Assembly (NCBI GenBank): GCA_964016885.1
Contig: OZ024755.1
Coordinates: 33,170,001-33,234,000 of the forward strand
DNA length: 64,000 bases
Direction of reading: 5' to 3'
From: Eledone cirrhosa
Taxonomy: Eukaryota
Positions 24,719-35,986 of the stretch are shown here, one piece after another. The first letter of the stretch is position 1; the number at the start of each line of letters is the position of its first letter. The notes under the pieces are model-generated. The model saw only the letters and a program-made list of their open reading frames with translations. It was not told where the DNA came from and ran no database searches. The position numbers and the translations under genes are program-made.

Positions 24719-25506
24719 GTTGCTGAAGCATGGAACAAACTACCTGCATCAGTTGTTAGCTGTCGAGACACTGCATCCTTTAAAACCTCCATGGAACAAA
24801 CTACCTGCATCAGTTGTAAGCTGTCGAGACACTGCATCCTTTAAAACCTCCCTGGAACAAACTACCTGCATCAGTTGTTAGCTGTCGAGACACTGCATCC
24901 TTTAAAACCTCCATGGAACAAACTACCTGCATCGGTTGTTAGCTGTCGAGACACTGCATCCTTTAAAACCTCCATGGAACAAACTACCTGCATCAGTTGT
25001 TAGCTGTCAAGACACTGCATCCTTTAAAACCTCCATGGAAAAAACTACCTGCATCAGTTGTTAGCTGTCGAGACACTGCATCCTTTAAAACCTCCATGGA
25101 ACAAACTACTTGCATCAGTTGTTAGCTGTCGAGACACTGAATCCTTTAAAACCTCCATGGAACAAACTACCTGCATCAGTTGTTAGCTGTCGAGACACTG
25201 CATCCTTTAAAAGCTCCATGGAACAAACTAGCTGCATCAGTTGTTAGCTGTCGAGACACTGCATCCTTTAAAACCTCCATGGAACAAACTACCTGCATCA
25301 GTTGTTAGCTGTTGAGACACTGAATCCTTTAAAACCTCCATGCTCCCTGAGATTCGCCTCCATATACAGGCACACATGTATATCATGACTCATACACTGT
25401 TAATTTTCCTGACATTTGTGTATTATTCTATGTACTATACATGCACCTTTGACGAGTTGTAGTGCACCTGAGCACTGTACACAATAATTTCATTATTATT
25501 ATTATA
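24719..25506 (+). mobile_element. CR1-type LINE 3' end with a 61-bp x10 array (24730-25339)
   Basis: Unit encodes WNKLPASVVSCRDTASFKTS, like the CR1 ORF2 terminus; 3' UTR ends in (att)n; unamplified relative at 38121-38470. Confidence 0.8.
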
Positions 25507-25511
25507 ACACG

Positions 25512-25702
25512 GGGCATTGGCAGTATCGGTAGATGGTCGGACGCCATGCTTTGCAGCATAGAGTTACGCCCCTTTATGGTCTGAGTTCAAATCCCGCCGA
25601 GGTTAACTTTGCCTTTCATCCTTACGGGGTCGATAAAATAAAGCACCAGTAATGAACTGGGACAATTGCTGGCCTTGTGCCAAAAGTAGAAACAATTATT
25701 TT
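25512..25702 (+). mobile_element. SINE B
   Basis: Matches consensus. Confidence 0.85.
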
Positions 25703-26156
25703 TATAACATAAGTATGAGCAACCAGTTACAGCCAGTTTGAACAGAAAGCAATTAGAGAATTCTGGTCGGATACAGCTGGTTTAAATGCTAAAGGGTTAA
25801 AAAGATAGTCTTCAATTTTTCTGCCTAGCCATTATAAAGGCATGAGATAAAATTGGTTAAGTTGGTAGAGTGTTGGATTAAATGGCTCAATATTGTTCTG
25901 GTTCTCTGAACTCCGAGTTCAAATCCTGCTGAAGTCAACTTAACAACTTATCTCAAAGATTGATATTTATTTATTTATTTATTTATTTATTTATCATTTT
26001 TAAATGTCCGTATAGAGCTAGTAAGCCATTGTTCTCAAAATTAATAATATCAAAATTGCATAGATTTGATATTACGTGAGATAATTATGTGAGATAAAGA
26101 CTTTACCACAAAAATACAATAGTATATAAAGAGTAATGTAAATGTTAAAGGGTTAA

Positions 26157-26370
26157 CCCTTTAGCATTTAAACCTGCCATATCTGGCCAGAAATCTCACC
26201 TCTTTCTGTTCAAACTGGCCATAACTGGCTGCTTATGTTAAGGTATTGTTCTTAAAATATATAATATCAAAATCTCATAGATTCAATATTATGTGAGATA
26301 ATTATGTGAGGTAAAGCCTTTAACCACAAAAATACAATAGTATATAGAGAGTAATGTAAATGGTAAGGGG
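26157..26370. mobile_element. piggyBac-like MITE, with a partial copy directly upstream sharing the TTAA
   Basis: TTAA|CCCT..GGG|TTAA. Confidence 0.85.
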
Positions 26371-26474
26371 TTAAACAACTTCCAGCCTACACTTGGTTTT
26401 TAAATGAAAGTCAGTGTGTGCAAACTGACCACACTCTTTAGGACATGGAGTTCTTCCCTATACTCTTTACCAAT

Positions 26475-26882
26475 CTATATCAACTATACTGTCTACCTCT
26501 TTAAATATCAACTATACTGTCTACCTCTCTTAACTATCAACTATACTCTCTAGCTCTTTAAATATCAACTATACTCTCTAGCTCTCTAAATATCAACTAT
26601 ACTGTCTACCTCTCTTAACTATTAACTATACACTCTAGCTCTCTAAATATCAACTATACTGTCTACCTCTCTTAACTATTAACTATACTCTCTAGCTCTC
26701 TAAATATCAACTATACTCTCTAGCTCTTTAAATATCAACTATACTCTCTAGCTCTTTAAATATCAACTATACTCTCTAGCTCTCTAAATATCAACTATAC
26801 TGTCTACCTCTCTTAACTATTAACTATACTCTCTAGCTCTCTAAATATCAACTATACTCTCTCTACATCTCTAAATATCAAT
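26475..26882. repeat. About 28-bp minisatellite, about 14 copies
   Basis: Unit aaatatcaactatactctctagctctct. Confidence 0.9.
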
Positions 26883-27109
26883 TTTGTCATTAAGTAAAAT
26901 AGGAAATGATCTAAATATGTTGTTAAAATATTTCCCATTATAACATTAGTTCACATGCATAGTATATATATATATATGTGTGTGTATATATATATATATA
27001 CACACATATATATATATACACAGTCCTGTAGAAGCTTTTCTATATTAAAATATATATATATGTATATACGATATTAAATAAATGGAAACTATATTTATAA
27101 AACCATATC

Positions 27110-27175
27110 TATTTCATTATATATATTTCAGGGATATCATATTAACAATATGCTATGCCTTCCTCAGACAAAATA
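27110..27175 (-). ncRNA. Minimal hammerhead ribozyme (F3)
   Basis: Reverse complement of 27327-27392. Confidence 0.7.
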
Positions 27176-27326
27176 CAATATAAACAGTTTTATAGATAAA
27201 TAGATTTGACATACCGTACAACATCGACTTGTATTTGAAAAGTTGAATTGGCAGTTCAACTTTTCAAATACAAGTCGATGTTGTACGGTATGTCAAATCT
27301 ATTTATCTATAAAACTGTTTATATTG

Positions 27327-27392
27327 TATTTTGTCTGAGGAAGGCATAGCATATTGTTAATATGATATCCCTGAAATATATATAATGAAATA
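27327..27392 (+). ncRNA. Minimal hammerhead ribozyme (F3)
   Basis: tattttgt-CTGAGGA-aggcatagcatatt(gtt)aatatgatatccct-GAAA-tatata-TA-atgaaata. Confidence 0.75.
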
Positions 27393-27745
27393 GATATGGT
27401 TTTATAAATATAGTTTCCATTTATTTAATATCGTAAATATACTCCAAATACTTGTCGAGTGCTTTTATATCAGTTATAAATATTTACTAGTTGTAACCCA
27501 ACAATTTAAATATAACTTTCCATATATATGTATATATATATGTATATATATATGTATATATATATATATATTCATATATATATATATGCATATATATTTA
27601 TATATATATATATATATGTGTAGGAGGTGAGTTTTATTGTAGTACAATAAAGCAATGCAAATATCGGATAAGTAGCACTCTACAGTTTGTTGATTTAAAA
27701 CTTCACTATTCACAAGTGTTTTTTAACCTTCATATCATGTATCCC

Positions 27746-27816
27746 TATTTTATCTGAAGAAAACGCAGATATCATCCCATGATGATATTTGTTTTTGAAA
27801 AGCGCATAATAAAACA
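27746..27816 (+). ncRNA. Hammerhead ribozyme in a second F1 copy (element 27618-27850)
   Basis: tattttat-CTGAAGA-aaacgcagatatcatc(ccat)gatgatatttgttttt-GAAA-agcgca-TA-ataaaa. Confidence 0.7.
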
Positions 27817-28128
27817 CTTGGAACTCTTTTAACCATCTTTTGATCTTATATATATATATATCATCATCATCATCATCATCATCACCACCACCGTTTTACG
27901 TCCTTTCTTCCACGCTAGCATGGGTTAGACGGGTTGTCCTGTTGTGGGCAGTGTCTGGTCGGCTGACCATGCCTTGCTCATACAGGAATTGATTTGGCTT
28001 GATTTCTACAGCTGGATGCCCTTCCTAACACCAACCTCATTTACAGTGAGTGCTGGGTGCTTTTTCGTGGCTCCTACACGTCCACTTTACAGTGAGTGCT
28101 GGGTGCTTTTTTGCCGTGGCACCTCCAC

Positions 28129-28185
<57 letters not shown>

Positions 28186-28297
28186 TGTGCATGTGTGGGT
28201 GTCAGAAGGGGAGTATATCAAACTTCTTATCAACTTACACATCCACTTTACAGTGTGGGCTGGGTGCTTTTTTGCTGTGGCACCTCCATGAATATAT

Positions 28298-28633
28298 ATC
28301 ATCATTTCATTTTACGTCTGCTTTCTCCCTGCTTGCAAGGGTAGGATGGGAACTGGTTCTGGCTTGATTTCTACAGCTGGATGCCCTTCCTAACACCAAC
28401 CTCATTTACAGTGAGTGCTGGGTGCTTTTTTGCCGTGGCGTCTACACGTCCACTTTGCAGTGGAATGATAGGGACCCCAGCGCCTATCATCTCATTTCTA
28501 CAGCTGAGTAAACTGGAGCAATGTGAAATAAAGTGTCTTGCTCAAGGAAACAACACATCACCCGGTCTGACAATTGAACTCACAACCTTTCGATTGCAAG
28601 GTCAATGCTCTAACCACTAACCCATGTGCCTCC
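28298..28633 (-). mobile_element. SINE family A
   Basis: Matches consensus. Confidence 0.9.
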
Positions 28634-28984
28634 ATATATATATATATATGCTTGTGTGGGTGTCAGAGGGGGAGTATATCGAACTTCTTATCAACATTTT
28701 CTCTCTGAGGAGGTCTGATTTTTTTTTTTTCCTGATAGAAATCAGTGCAGGATTCTAAGAGAAGAATAGAAAATGCTGTTCAACAAATAATGGCTGACTA
28801 ATTCCTGTCGGCAAACTATCATGGATAACATCTTTGATACTTCCAAAAGATAGAATATTAGAATTTAGCTGTAAACACATTACCAGAGTCTTCGCCTCAA
28901 CTTTTACTACTTTGAGTAGCAAATTTATAAAATAGAAAGGGAAGTGTAGATTGTGATCACAGTGGGAGTTATCCATTTATATAT

Positions 28985-29054
<70 letters not shown>

Positions 29055-29082
29055 TCCATACACACTGAAATACATGTGTGTA

Positions 29083-29125
<43 letters not shown>

Positions 29126-29189
29126 CATCTTAAAATTAATGCTGTTGTTGCTGTTAATATAAGTATTTATGTGTGTGACAATGTATACG

Positions 29190-29695
<506 letters not shown>

Positions 29696-29914
29696 GACGT
29701 CACGGTAAAAAATTACCCACTACTCACTCTAAATGAGGTTGGTGCAGAAATCAAGCCAAATTCAGTTCTGTATAAGCAAGCTATGGTCACGTGACCTGGC
29801 ATTGTCCACAACAGGACAACCCGTCCAACCCATGCTAGCGTGGAAGAATGGAGGTAAAACGGTGATGATTTTCCATCCAGCCCGTCCCCTCAATCTATTT
29901 TATTTCTCCTTCTT

Positions 29915-29950
29915 TCTTCTGATGAAGGACTAGCGTCCGAAACGTTAAGA
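29915..29950 (+). ncRNA. Very small hammerhead motif (F5)
   Basis: tctt-CTGATGA-a-ggac(tagc)gtcc-GAAA-cg-TT-aaga. Confidence 0.65.
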
Positions 29951-30072
29951 CCCTCTTCCTGCTATATCAAGCGTTAACCTAATATATACCTTCCATATAC
30001 TGTACCGATATATAGAAGGTATATATTATGAAATACTGTTGGCTTCTTGCTCACAATAATTTCTATATTTTC

Positions 30073-30116
<44 letters not shown>

Positions 30117-30118
<2 letters not shown>

Positions 30119-30310
30119 CGAAGGAAATGTGGTAAGGAACCAGATGGACCATAACGCACGAAAGTACTCCATACTTAGGGTAGGAGAGTGGGTAATAGGA
30201 ACGAGTAGGACCCCGACGGCTGAGCTCAAGCCGTTTCGATGGCTAATTCTGGACTCCAGAATTAGCCGTCGAATCGGCTTGAGCTCAGCCGTCGATGTCC
30301 TACTCGTTCC

Positions 30311-30312
<2 letters not shown>
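30117..30312. mobile_element. Foldback element containing half a hammerhead
   Basis: Palindrome 30196-30312; minus strand reads GAAA-cggct(tgagctc)agccg-TC. Confidence 0.55.
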
Positions 30313-30385
<73 letters not shown>

Positions 30386-30914
30386 GTTATCTCCCTTGCT
30401 GAATTCCATGTGCGTTTTTTCAACTTGGGTTGTGCCTTTTTATTCGTTCGGACAAAAGCTCGTTGAGAAAGTAATTCCGGTCCGCCGCTTTCTAGAAGTC
30501 TTATATATTTTTATGTGGGCTGATAGAGGGCGGTTTAAGGATTTACAGAAACCCAAGAAGCTAGATTTACCATCTTTCTAGTGGGTCCGGGTAAGCTTTT
30601 TACATTCATTTGATTTATTGATATTTTATCTGAGTGTTCCGAATCTTCCAGATCGTAATTTTTCGGTCATATGGTTGATTTTAGACAAGTTCTACGTGTG
30701 TCGGTATTTTAACGATAGTTATAGCTCTGATTTATCTGAATTATTGAGCCCTCTGCCGCTCGTTTCGAATTTTGTTTATCGTGAACTCGTGCGCCGATTT
30801 TTCGATACTCGATTATTCTACTATATATATATATATATATATATAAAAACTGTCTAACCCTGGCTAGCTGGAAAAATGAAATTTAAAGGATGATGATGAA
30901 TAAAGAACATATAT

Positions 30915-31175
30915 AAGATTGGTCTATGCAAATGATTTGATCTTTAGAGCTGAATCCATAAAAGAACTAAAAAATATGTTCTGGCTCTGGAAAGTGAAGT
31001 GGGAATCAAAAGGTCTGAGAGTACACTAAACCAAAACTAAAGTACTAATGAGTAGGAAAAAAAGATAGGACCGAGATTCATTCAGGGAAGTAGCCCTGAT
31101 GAATATGTAAAAACCAGGTGTAGGCATAAAGTCCATTCAATGTACACAGTGTAAATCTTGGAGACACAAGAGGTA
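30915..31175 (+). pseudogene. Decayed RTE-clade RT core fragment
   Basis: LVYANDLIFRAESIKEL..ESKGLRVH*TKTKVL..GVGIKSIQCTQCKSWRHKR (YADD-like motif plus Cys-rich insert). Confidence 0.75.
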
Positions 31176-31311
31176 ATCCATTGCACACATGTGTAGAGGG
31201 GTAGACTTGGGATCAAAATAAACTGCACACATGCACACACACATATATATATGTATATTTATATATATCAATAATATTAATAAATGAAAACAGTATTTAT
31301 AAAACCATATT

Positions 31312-31372
31312 TATTTTATTACATATATTTCAAGGGTACCAAAATTTTGGTACGCTCTCACCAGATAAAATA
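31312..31372 (-). ncRNA. Decayed hammerhead (F3-related)
   Basis: tattttat-CTGGTGA-gagcgtacca..tggtaccctt-GAAA-tatatg-TA-ataaaata. Confidence 0.5.
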
Positions 31373-31450
31373 TAAAATTTGTTTTGTAAATGGTGACATA
31401 CCCAAGAAACCAGACCTTATTGGTTCAGGTTCAGTTTGGATAGACTAATT

Positions 31451-31783
31451 GAGGCACATGGCTTAGTGGTTAGAGCATTGGCCTTGCAATCGAAAGGTCG
31501 TGAGTTCAATTCTCACACCAGGTGATGTGTTGTTTCTTTGAGCAAGGCACTTTATTTCACATTGCTCCAGTTTACTCAGCTGTAGAAATGAGATGATAGG
31601 GACTGGGGTCCCTATCATTCCACTTCAAAGTGGTCGTGGAGGTGCCACGGCAAAAAAGCACCCAGCACTCACTGTAAATGAGGTTGGTGTTAGGAAGGGC
31701 ATCCAGCTGTAGAAATCAAGCCAGAATCAGTTCCCACCATTGCAAGCAGGGAAAAGCGGACGTAAAATGATGATGATGATGAA
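31451..31783 (+). mobile_element. SINE family A
   Basis: Matches consensus. Confidence 0.9.
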
Positions 31784-31835
31784 GATATATATACATACAT
31801 ATATGTATATATATATGTATATATATATATATACA

Positions 31836-31909
<74 letters not shown>

Positions 31910-31960
31910 ATAAATATGTATATACACACACATATATAAATATAACATGTGTATACACAC

Positions 31961-32020
<60 letters not shown>

Positions 32021-32314
32021 TATGTATATATATATAAATATATGTATATATATATATATATATATATTTATACATGTGTGTATGTATGTGAACACTACAT
32101 TTATCGATCTGTCTAAAATAGATAGCTGCTATCTTGACTACTAATAGATCACTTATTGATTAATTAGAAATAGAAGAGAGGGTGGGGGGAGGGATCATTC
32201 CCCAGCCCCTTTTTGTTTGGTCTATATTCTAAATATGACATACAGAATATCTTAAAAGCTTCAAATAATATTCACTTCAAACTCTTACAAATCATCAAAA
32301 ATAGTTTAGCTCTA

Positions 32315-32678
32315 CACTACTGCTACTACTGCTACTACTACTAATACTACTACTACTATAATCACTAGTGTGTTACTACTACTACCACCAGTGTGTTACT
32401 ACTACTACTATCACCACCACCACCACCAGTGTGTTTACTATCGCTGCTGTTACCACCACCACTACAACTACCGCTACTACCACCGCCACTACTACTACTA
32501 ATACCACCACCACCACAAATACTACTACGACCACCACTACTACCACCACCACTACAAATACTACCGCTACTACCACCACCACCACTACTACTACCACCAA
32601 TACTACTACTACTACCACCCCCACCACTACAAATACTACTACCGCTACTACCACCACCACTACTACTACTACCACCAA

Positions 32679-32718
<40 letters not shown>

Positions 32719-32757
32719 CCCACCACTACAAATACTACTACCGCTACTACCACCACT
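32315..32757. repeat. (ACT/ACC)n trinucleotide repeat
   Basis: Source of the poly-T/V/P ORFs. Confidence 0.95.
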
Positions 32758-33025
32758 GAGGAATCAAATGCTGTGTGCAGGAGAAGAGGTTGCATTGTTA
32801 TGGACATGTGATGTGTATGAAGGATGACAGCTGCATAAAAAGGTGCAGAGCACTAGAAGTCGATGGAAGCCGCGGAGTGGGGGAGACCCAAGAAGACCTG
32901 GGATGAGGTGATAAAAGCGGACCTTACCCAATTACACCTCTCAAAGCCGATGACACATGACCGTGACCTCTGGCATCACGCAGTAATACAGAAGACCCGA
33001 CTTCCCACAGGTAGAAGCTGAAGCA
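32758..33025 (+). pseudogene. RTE LINE 3' end
   Basis: VQEKRLHCYGHVMCMKDDSCIKRCRALEVDGSRG..RPKKTWDEVIKADL..DRDLW. Confidence 0.85.
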
Positions 33026-33362
33026 TTTAGACAATATGTCACCACACCCTCCCACAAGTGGTTGTGGAGGTGTCATGACAAAAGGTACCCAGTCCACACT
33101 GTAAAGAGGCCATATAGGCACCACAATAAAAAAGCACCCAGCATATATACACATATATATACATATATATAAATATACATGATGGCTGCCCCCTCGTTAT
33201 CGAGTACGGCCATTGCATGATATACCATTATAAATAATTCTATCGTGTAATGCCTGTGCGTGAAGATACTTTTTGAAGTGAGGAAAGACTGTGCACTGAG
33301 CCAATCCCACTCTCGGAGCGACAGTATTTTCACTAGCTCTGACAGTTTGGCAGGTGAAGAGT

Positions 33363-33412
33363 GAGCTATACTGATGAAGGGTGATACCCAGAAACATTAG
33401 TGTCTGCAGTTC
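33363..33412 (+). ncRNA. Hammerhead ribozyme (F6)
   Basis: gagctata-CTGATGA-a-gggt(gat)accc-a-GAAA-cat(ta)gtg-TC-tgcagttc. Confidence 0.6.
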
Positions 33413-33586
33413 TGTTCACATGCCAACACAAGAACAAGATGGAAGGGTTCATTCTACTGACATGGCTATAAAATTGAGGCTTGTTTGCATAATTGCAAAC
33501 GAATCGAATGTTGTTATCAATATTCAAAAAACTCAGATTACATTTATTGTATTCAGCCATGTAGAACGAAAAAAGTTTTCTCTTTT

Positions 33587-33642
<56 letters not shown>

Positions 33643-33755
33643 GTTTGTATATGTATAATAAAGCCAAAACAATGCAGGTATGGACATAGAATAAAGAATG
33701 CAAATGTAAAAGATATTGTTGACAATTAGTCTTTTACCTTAGATTTATTTAAATG

Positions 33756-33792
33756 TCCTTAATTTTCGAGATAATATCTCTTCTTCGAAGGG
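33756..33792 (-). ncRNA. Hammerhead-like motif with variant core (F7)
   Basis: ccct-TCGAAGA-a-gagata(t)tatctc-GAAA-at-TA-agg. Confidence 0.45.
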
Positions 33793-34162
33793 AAGTAAAG
33801 TGGTTGAACCAGTGTTCTAAATAGCTTGACAATTCATGCTGACAGGAAATGGTATAGAGTATCTGTTCTATCTCTAATGTCAAAGAGTTAAGGTTAGGTG
33901 GATAAAGAGTAGTCTCCCTTTAAAAGGGTTTTTTTTTTTTTTGTACATGGCTGTTTAAGTGTGTGGGAGAATGCGTGAAGGTGTAAGTATGTGTGTGTGT
34001 GTGTGAGAAGATATGTCTATACGTAAATATGGGGGAATAGATGTTATCTCGTGTTAGAACTGGTCTTTGTGTATGTGTGTGTGTGAGAGAGAATAAGTGG
34101 AGGGGTAAGCGTGTGTGTGTGTGTATGTGGGAGGGGGTGTAAAAATGGGGCTAGATGCTCTA

Positions 34163-34786
34163 TCAAGTTATAAATTGGGTGTTGACTTCTAGTCTATTAT
34201 TGATTGGTGGTTGTGTTTTGTCTGTAATTAGTGCTTCCTTAATTCTAAGATTGCCGAGGTTTCTTTCCTTAGTTTCTATCCTAACTGTTATGGTTTTGTC
34301 GGTGTTTTTGCATTTAACTAGGTGTTTCTTAAATGAGGAAGCCTTAGTATTGAGGTGTTCTTTTATTCTTATGTGGAGTGGTCTGGTGGTGCTACCTACG
34401 TAGAAGTTGCTGCATTTGTTGCACTCTAGTCTGTATACGACGTAAGCCTGGTGGCATAGGTCTGTGTCGTTGATGGGGCAGTTGGCTAGCCTGCAGCGGT
34501 TGTCATGTCTGGTGGAGTGTCTTTTGGTTAGCTGTTCGCGTAGAGAAGGACCTGAGTGGGCTAGTTGGATATCTAGTCCCTCTCGTCTGATAGCTCTGCG
34601 GATGGCTGTTGTTGTTTCGTCACTGAAGTGCGGGAGCTTCAGGAAGCAAGTGTTAGTCCCTCGGGTGTGGTGTCCTCTGTTCTTTCTGGCACGGTTTGTG
34701 GTGGATGTCGTGTATCCATTCAGTTTGAGTACTTCCAGGAAATGTGTGGTGTGTGTGTCTCGGTCTCTAGCGTCGGTGTATTTGTT
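34163..34786 (-). CDS. Penelope-like ORF C-terminus with GIY-YIG endonuclease (no start codon, 5'-truncated)
   Basis: Stop-free 207 codons: LKLNGY..LKLPHFSD..CRLANCPINDTDLCHQAYVVYRLECNKCSNFYVGSTTRPLHIRIKEH..LRIKEALI..QPPINNRLE. Confidence 0.9.
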   Translation of the reverse strand, partial: NKYTDARDRDTHTTHFLEVLKLNGYTTSTTNRARKNRGHHTRGTNTCFLKLPHFSDETTTAIRRAIRREGLDIQLAHSGPSLREQLTKRHSTRHDNRCRLANCPINDTDLCHQAYVVYRLECNKCSNFYVGSTTRPLHIRIKEHLNTKASSFKKHLVKCKNTDKTITVRIETKERNLGNLRIKEALITDKTQPPINNRLEVNTQFIT

Positions 34787-34823
34787 CCCTCCGAAGAAGA
34801 GATATTATCTCGAAAATTAAGGA
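34787..34823 (+). ncRNA. Hammerhead-like motif with variant core (F7)
   Basis: ccct-CCGAAGA-a-gagata(t)tatctc-GAAA-at-TA-agg. Confidence 0.5.
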
Positions 34824-34981
34824 CATTTAAATAAATCTAAGGTAAAAGACTAATTGTCAACAATATCTTTTGCATTTGCATTCTTTATTCTATGTCCATA
34901 CCTGCATTGTTTTGGCTTTATTATATATATATAAACGTTTATACCTCGTTACACAATGCTTCAAGTGAACTATAACTTCCT

Positions 34982-35020
<39 letters not shown>

Positions 35021-35539
35021 TATATATATATATATATATATTCATGTATATATATATATATATATATATATTCATATATATATATATACATATATATGTG
35101 TGAATGAAGTAATTGCGTCAGAAAGGTCCAGGAAAAAAGAGTGCTCTATGTAGGTTACAGAGCTTAATAGTTATGTAATAAACAACATAAGGCAATTATT
35201 TCATTTACCAGTGGTTTCTTGAAAGCAAACAAATTTTGCTTTCAATCATCAGTGATGAAAAAATCCTGGTGTATTTATTGACATTGGATTTTAAAAAACA
35301 AAAATATAATCTATATGAAAGTGAGGCTGGAATAGGAAGAAGGAAAGGAAAAATAAACAAACTTGCACACACACACACAAACACACACACAATTACATAT
35401 ACACACATATATACATACACATATATATATACACACACACATATACACACACACATATATATGCTCTAACCACTAAGCCATGTGCCTCTATATATGGTTT
35501 TATAAATATAGTTTCCATATATTCAATATCTTTGTATAT

Positions 35540-35760
35540 ATTTATATCTGTATTTTTAACCTTTGGTCAGTCAATGATAAACATTGATTGCCAAATAAAT
35601 TAGCTGTGGAGATATAAAAGAGACAGAAGCGAAAACCAACCAAACAGTGAGTGTGTTCTGTTAGTATTTCTGGTAATAATGTTATAACAATATGGCCCTC
35701 CCCAGGTATAACAATATTTGTTTTGACACGACTTCCTATCAAAAACCTTGCAAGACAAAT
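35540..35760. repeat. Dispersed repeat with a second copy at 38610-38785
   Basis: Shared atatctgtatttttaacc..gaagcgaaaaccaaccaaacagtga. Confidence 0.7.
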
Positions 35761-35778
35761 ATATATATATGTATAAAC

Positions 35779-35810
<32 letters not shown>

Positions 35811-35955
35811 GCGTGTGAATATATATATATATATATGTATGTGTGTATATATATATATATAAACATATATATATATATATATGTATGTGTGTATATATAT
35901 ATGTATGTGTGTGTATATATATATGTATGTGTGTGTAGATATGTATCTGTGTGTA

Positions 35956-35984
<29 letters not shown>

Positions 35985-35986
<2 letters not shown>

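Larger units (their letters stand above)
24581..25796. mobile_element. piggyBac-like MITE split by CR1 and SINE B insertions
   Basis: TTAA|ccctttagcattta ... taaatgctaaaggg|TTAA; body resumes at ~25704. Confidence 0.8.
27067..27521. mobile_element. Penelope-like pLTR foldback element, family F3
   Basis: Near-perfect palindrome 27067-27435 (~180-bp arms, almost no spacer) with a right tail; (TA)n flanks. Confidence 0.8.
33637..34983 (-). mobile_element. 5'-truncated Penelope-like retroelement with an inverted pLTR
   Basis: About 155-bp inverted terminal repeats (33637-33794, 34785-34942), GIY-YIG frame, hammerhead-like motifs, (TA)n flanks. Confidence 0.9.

Noticed and set aside
28699-28765. 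ttctct-CTGAGGA..TA-agagaa possible hammerhead
   Set aside because: No GAAA at the required position; at best a decayed relic
32368-32827. Mucin-like poly-Thr ORF
   Set aside because: Trinucleotide repeat running into an RTE fragment; no supportable exon structure
35655-35715. Minus-strand CTGGGGA..GAAA motif (also ~38725-38780)
   Set aside because: Core mutated in both copies and pairing is poor
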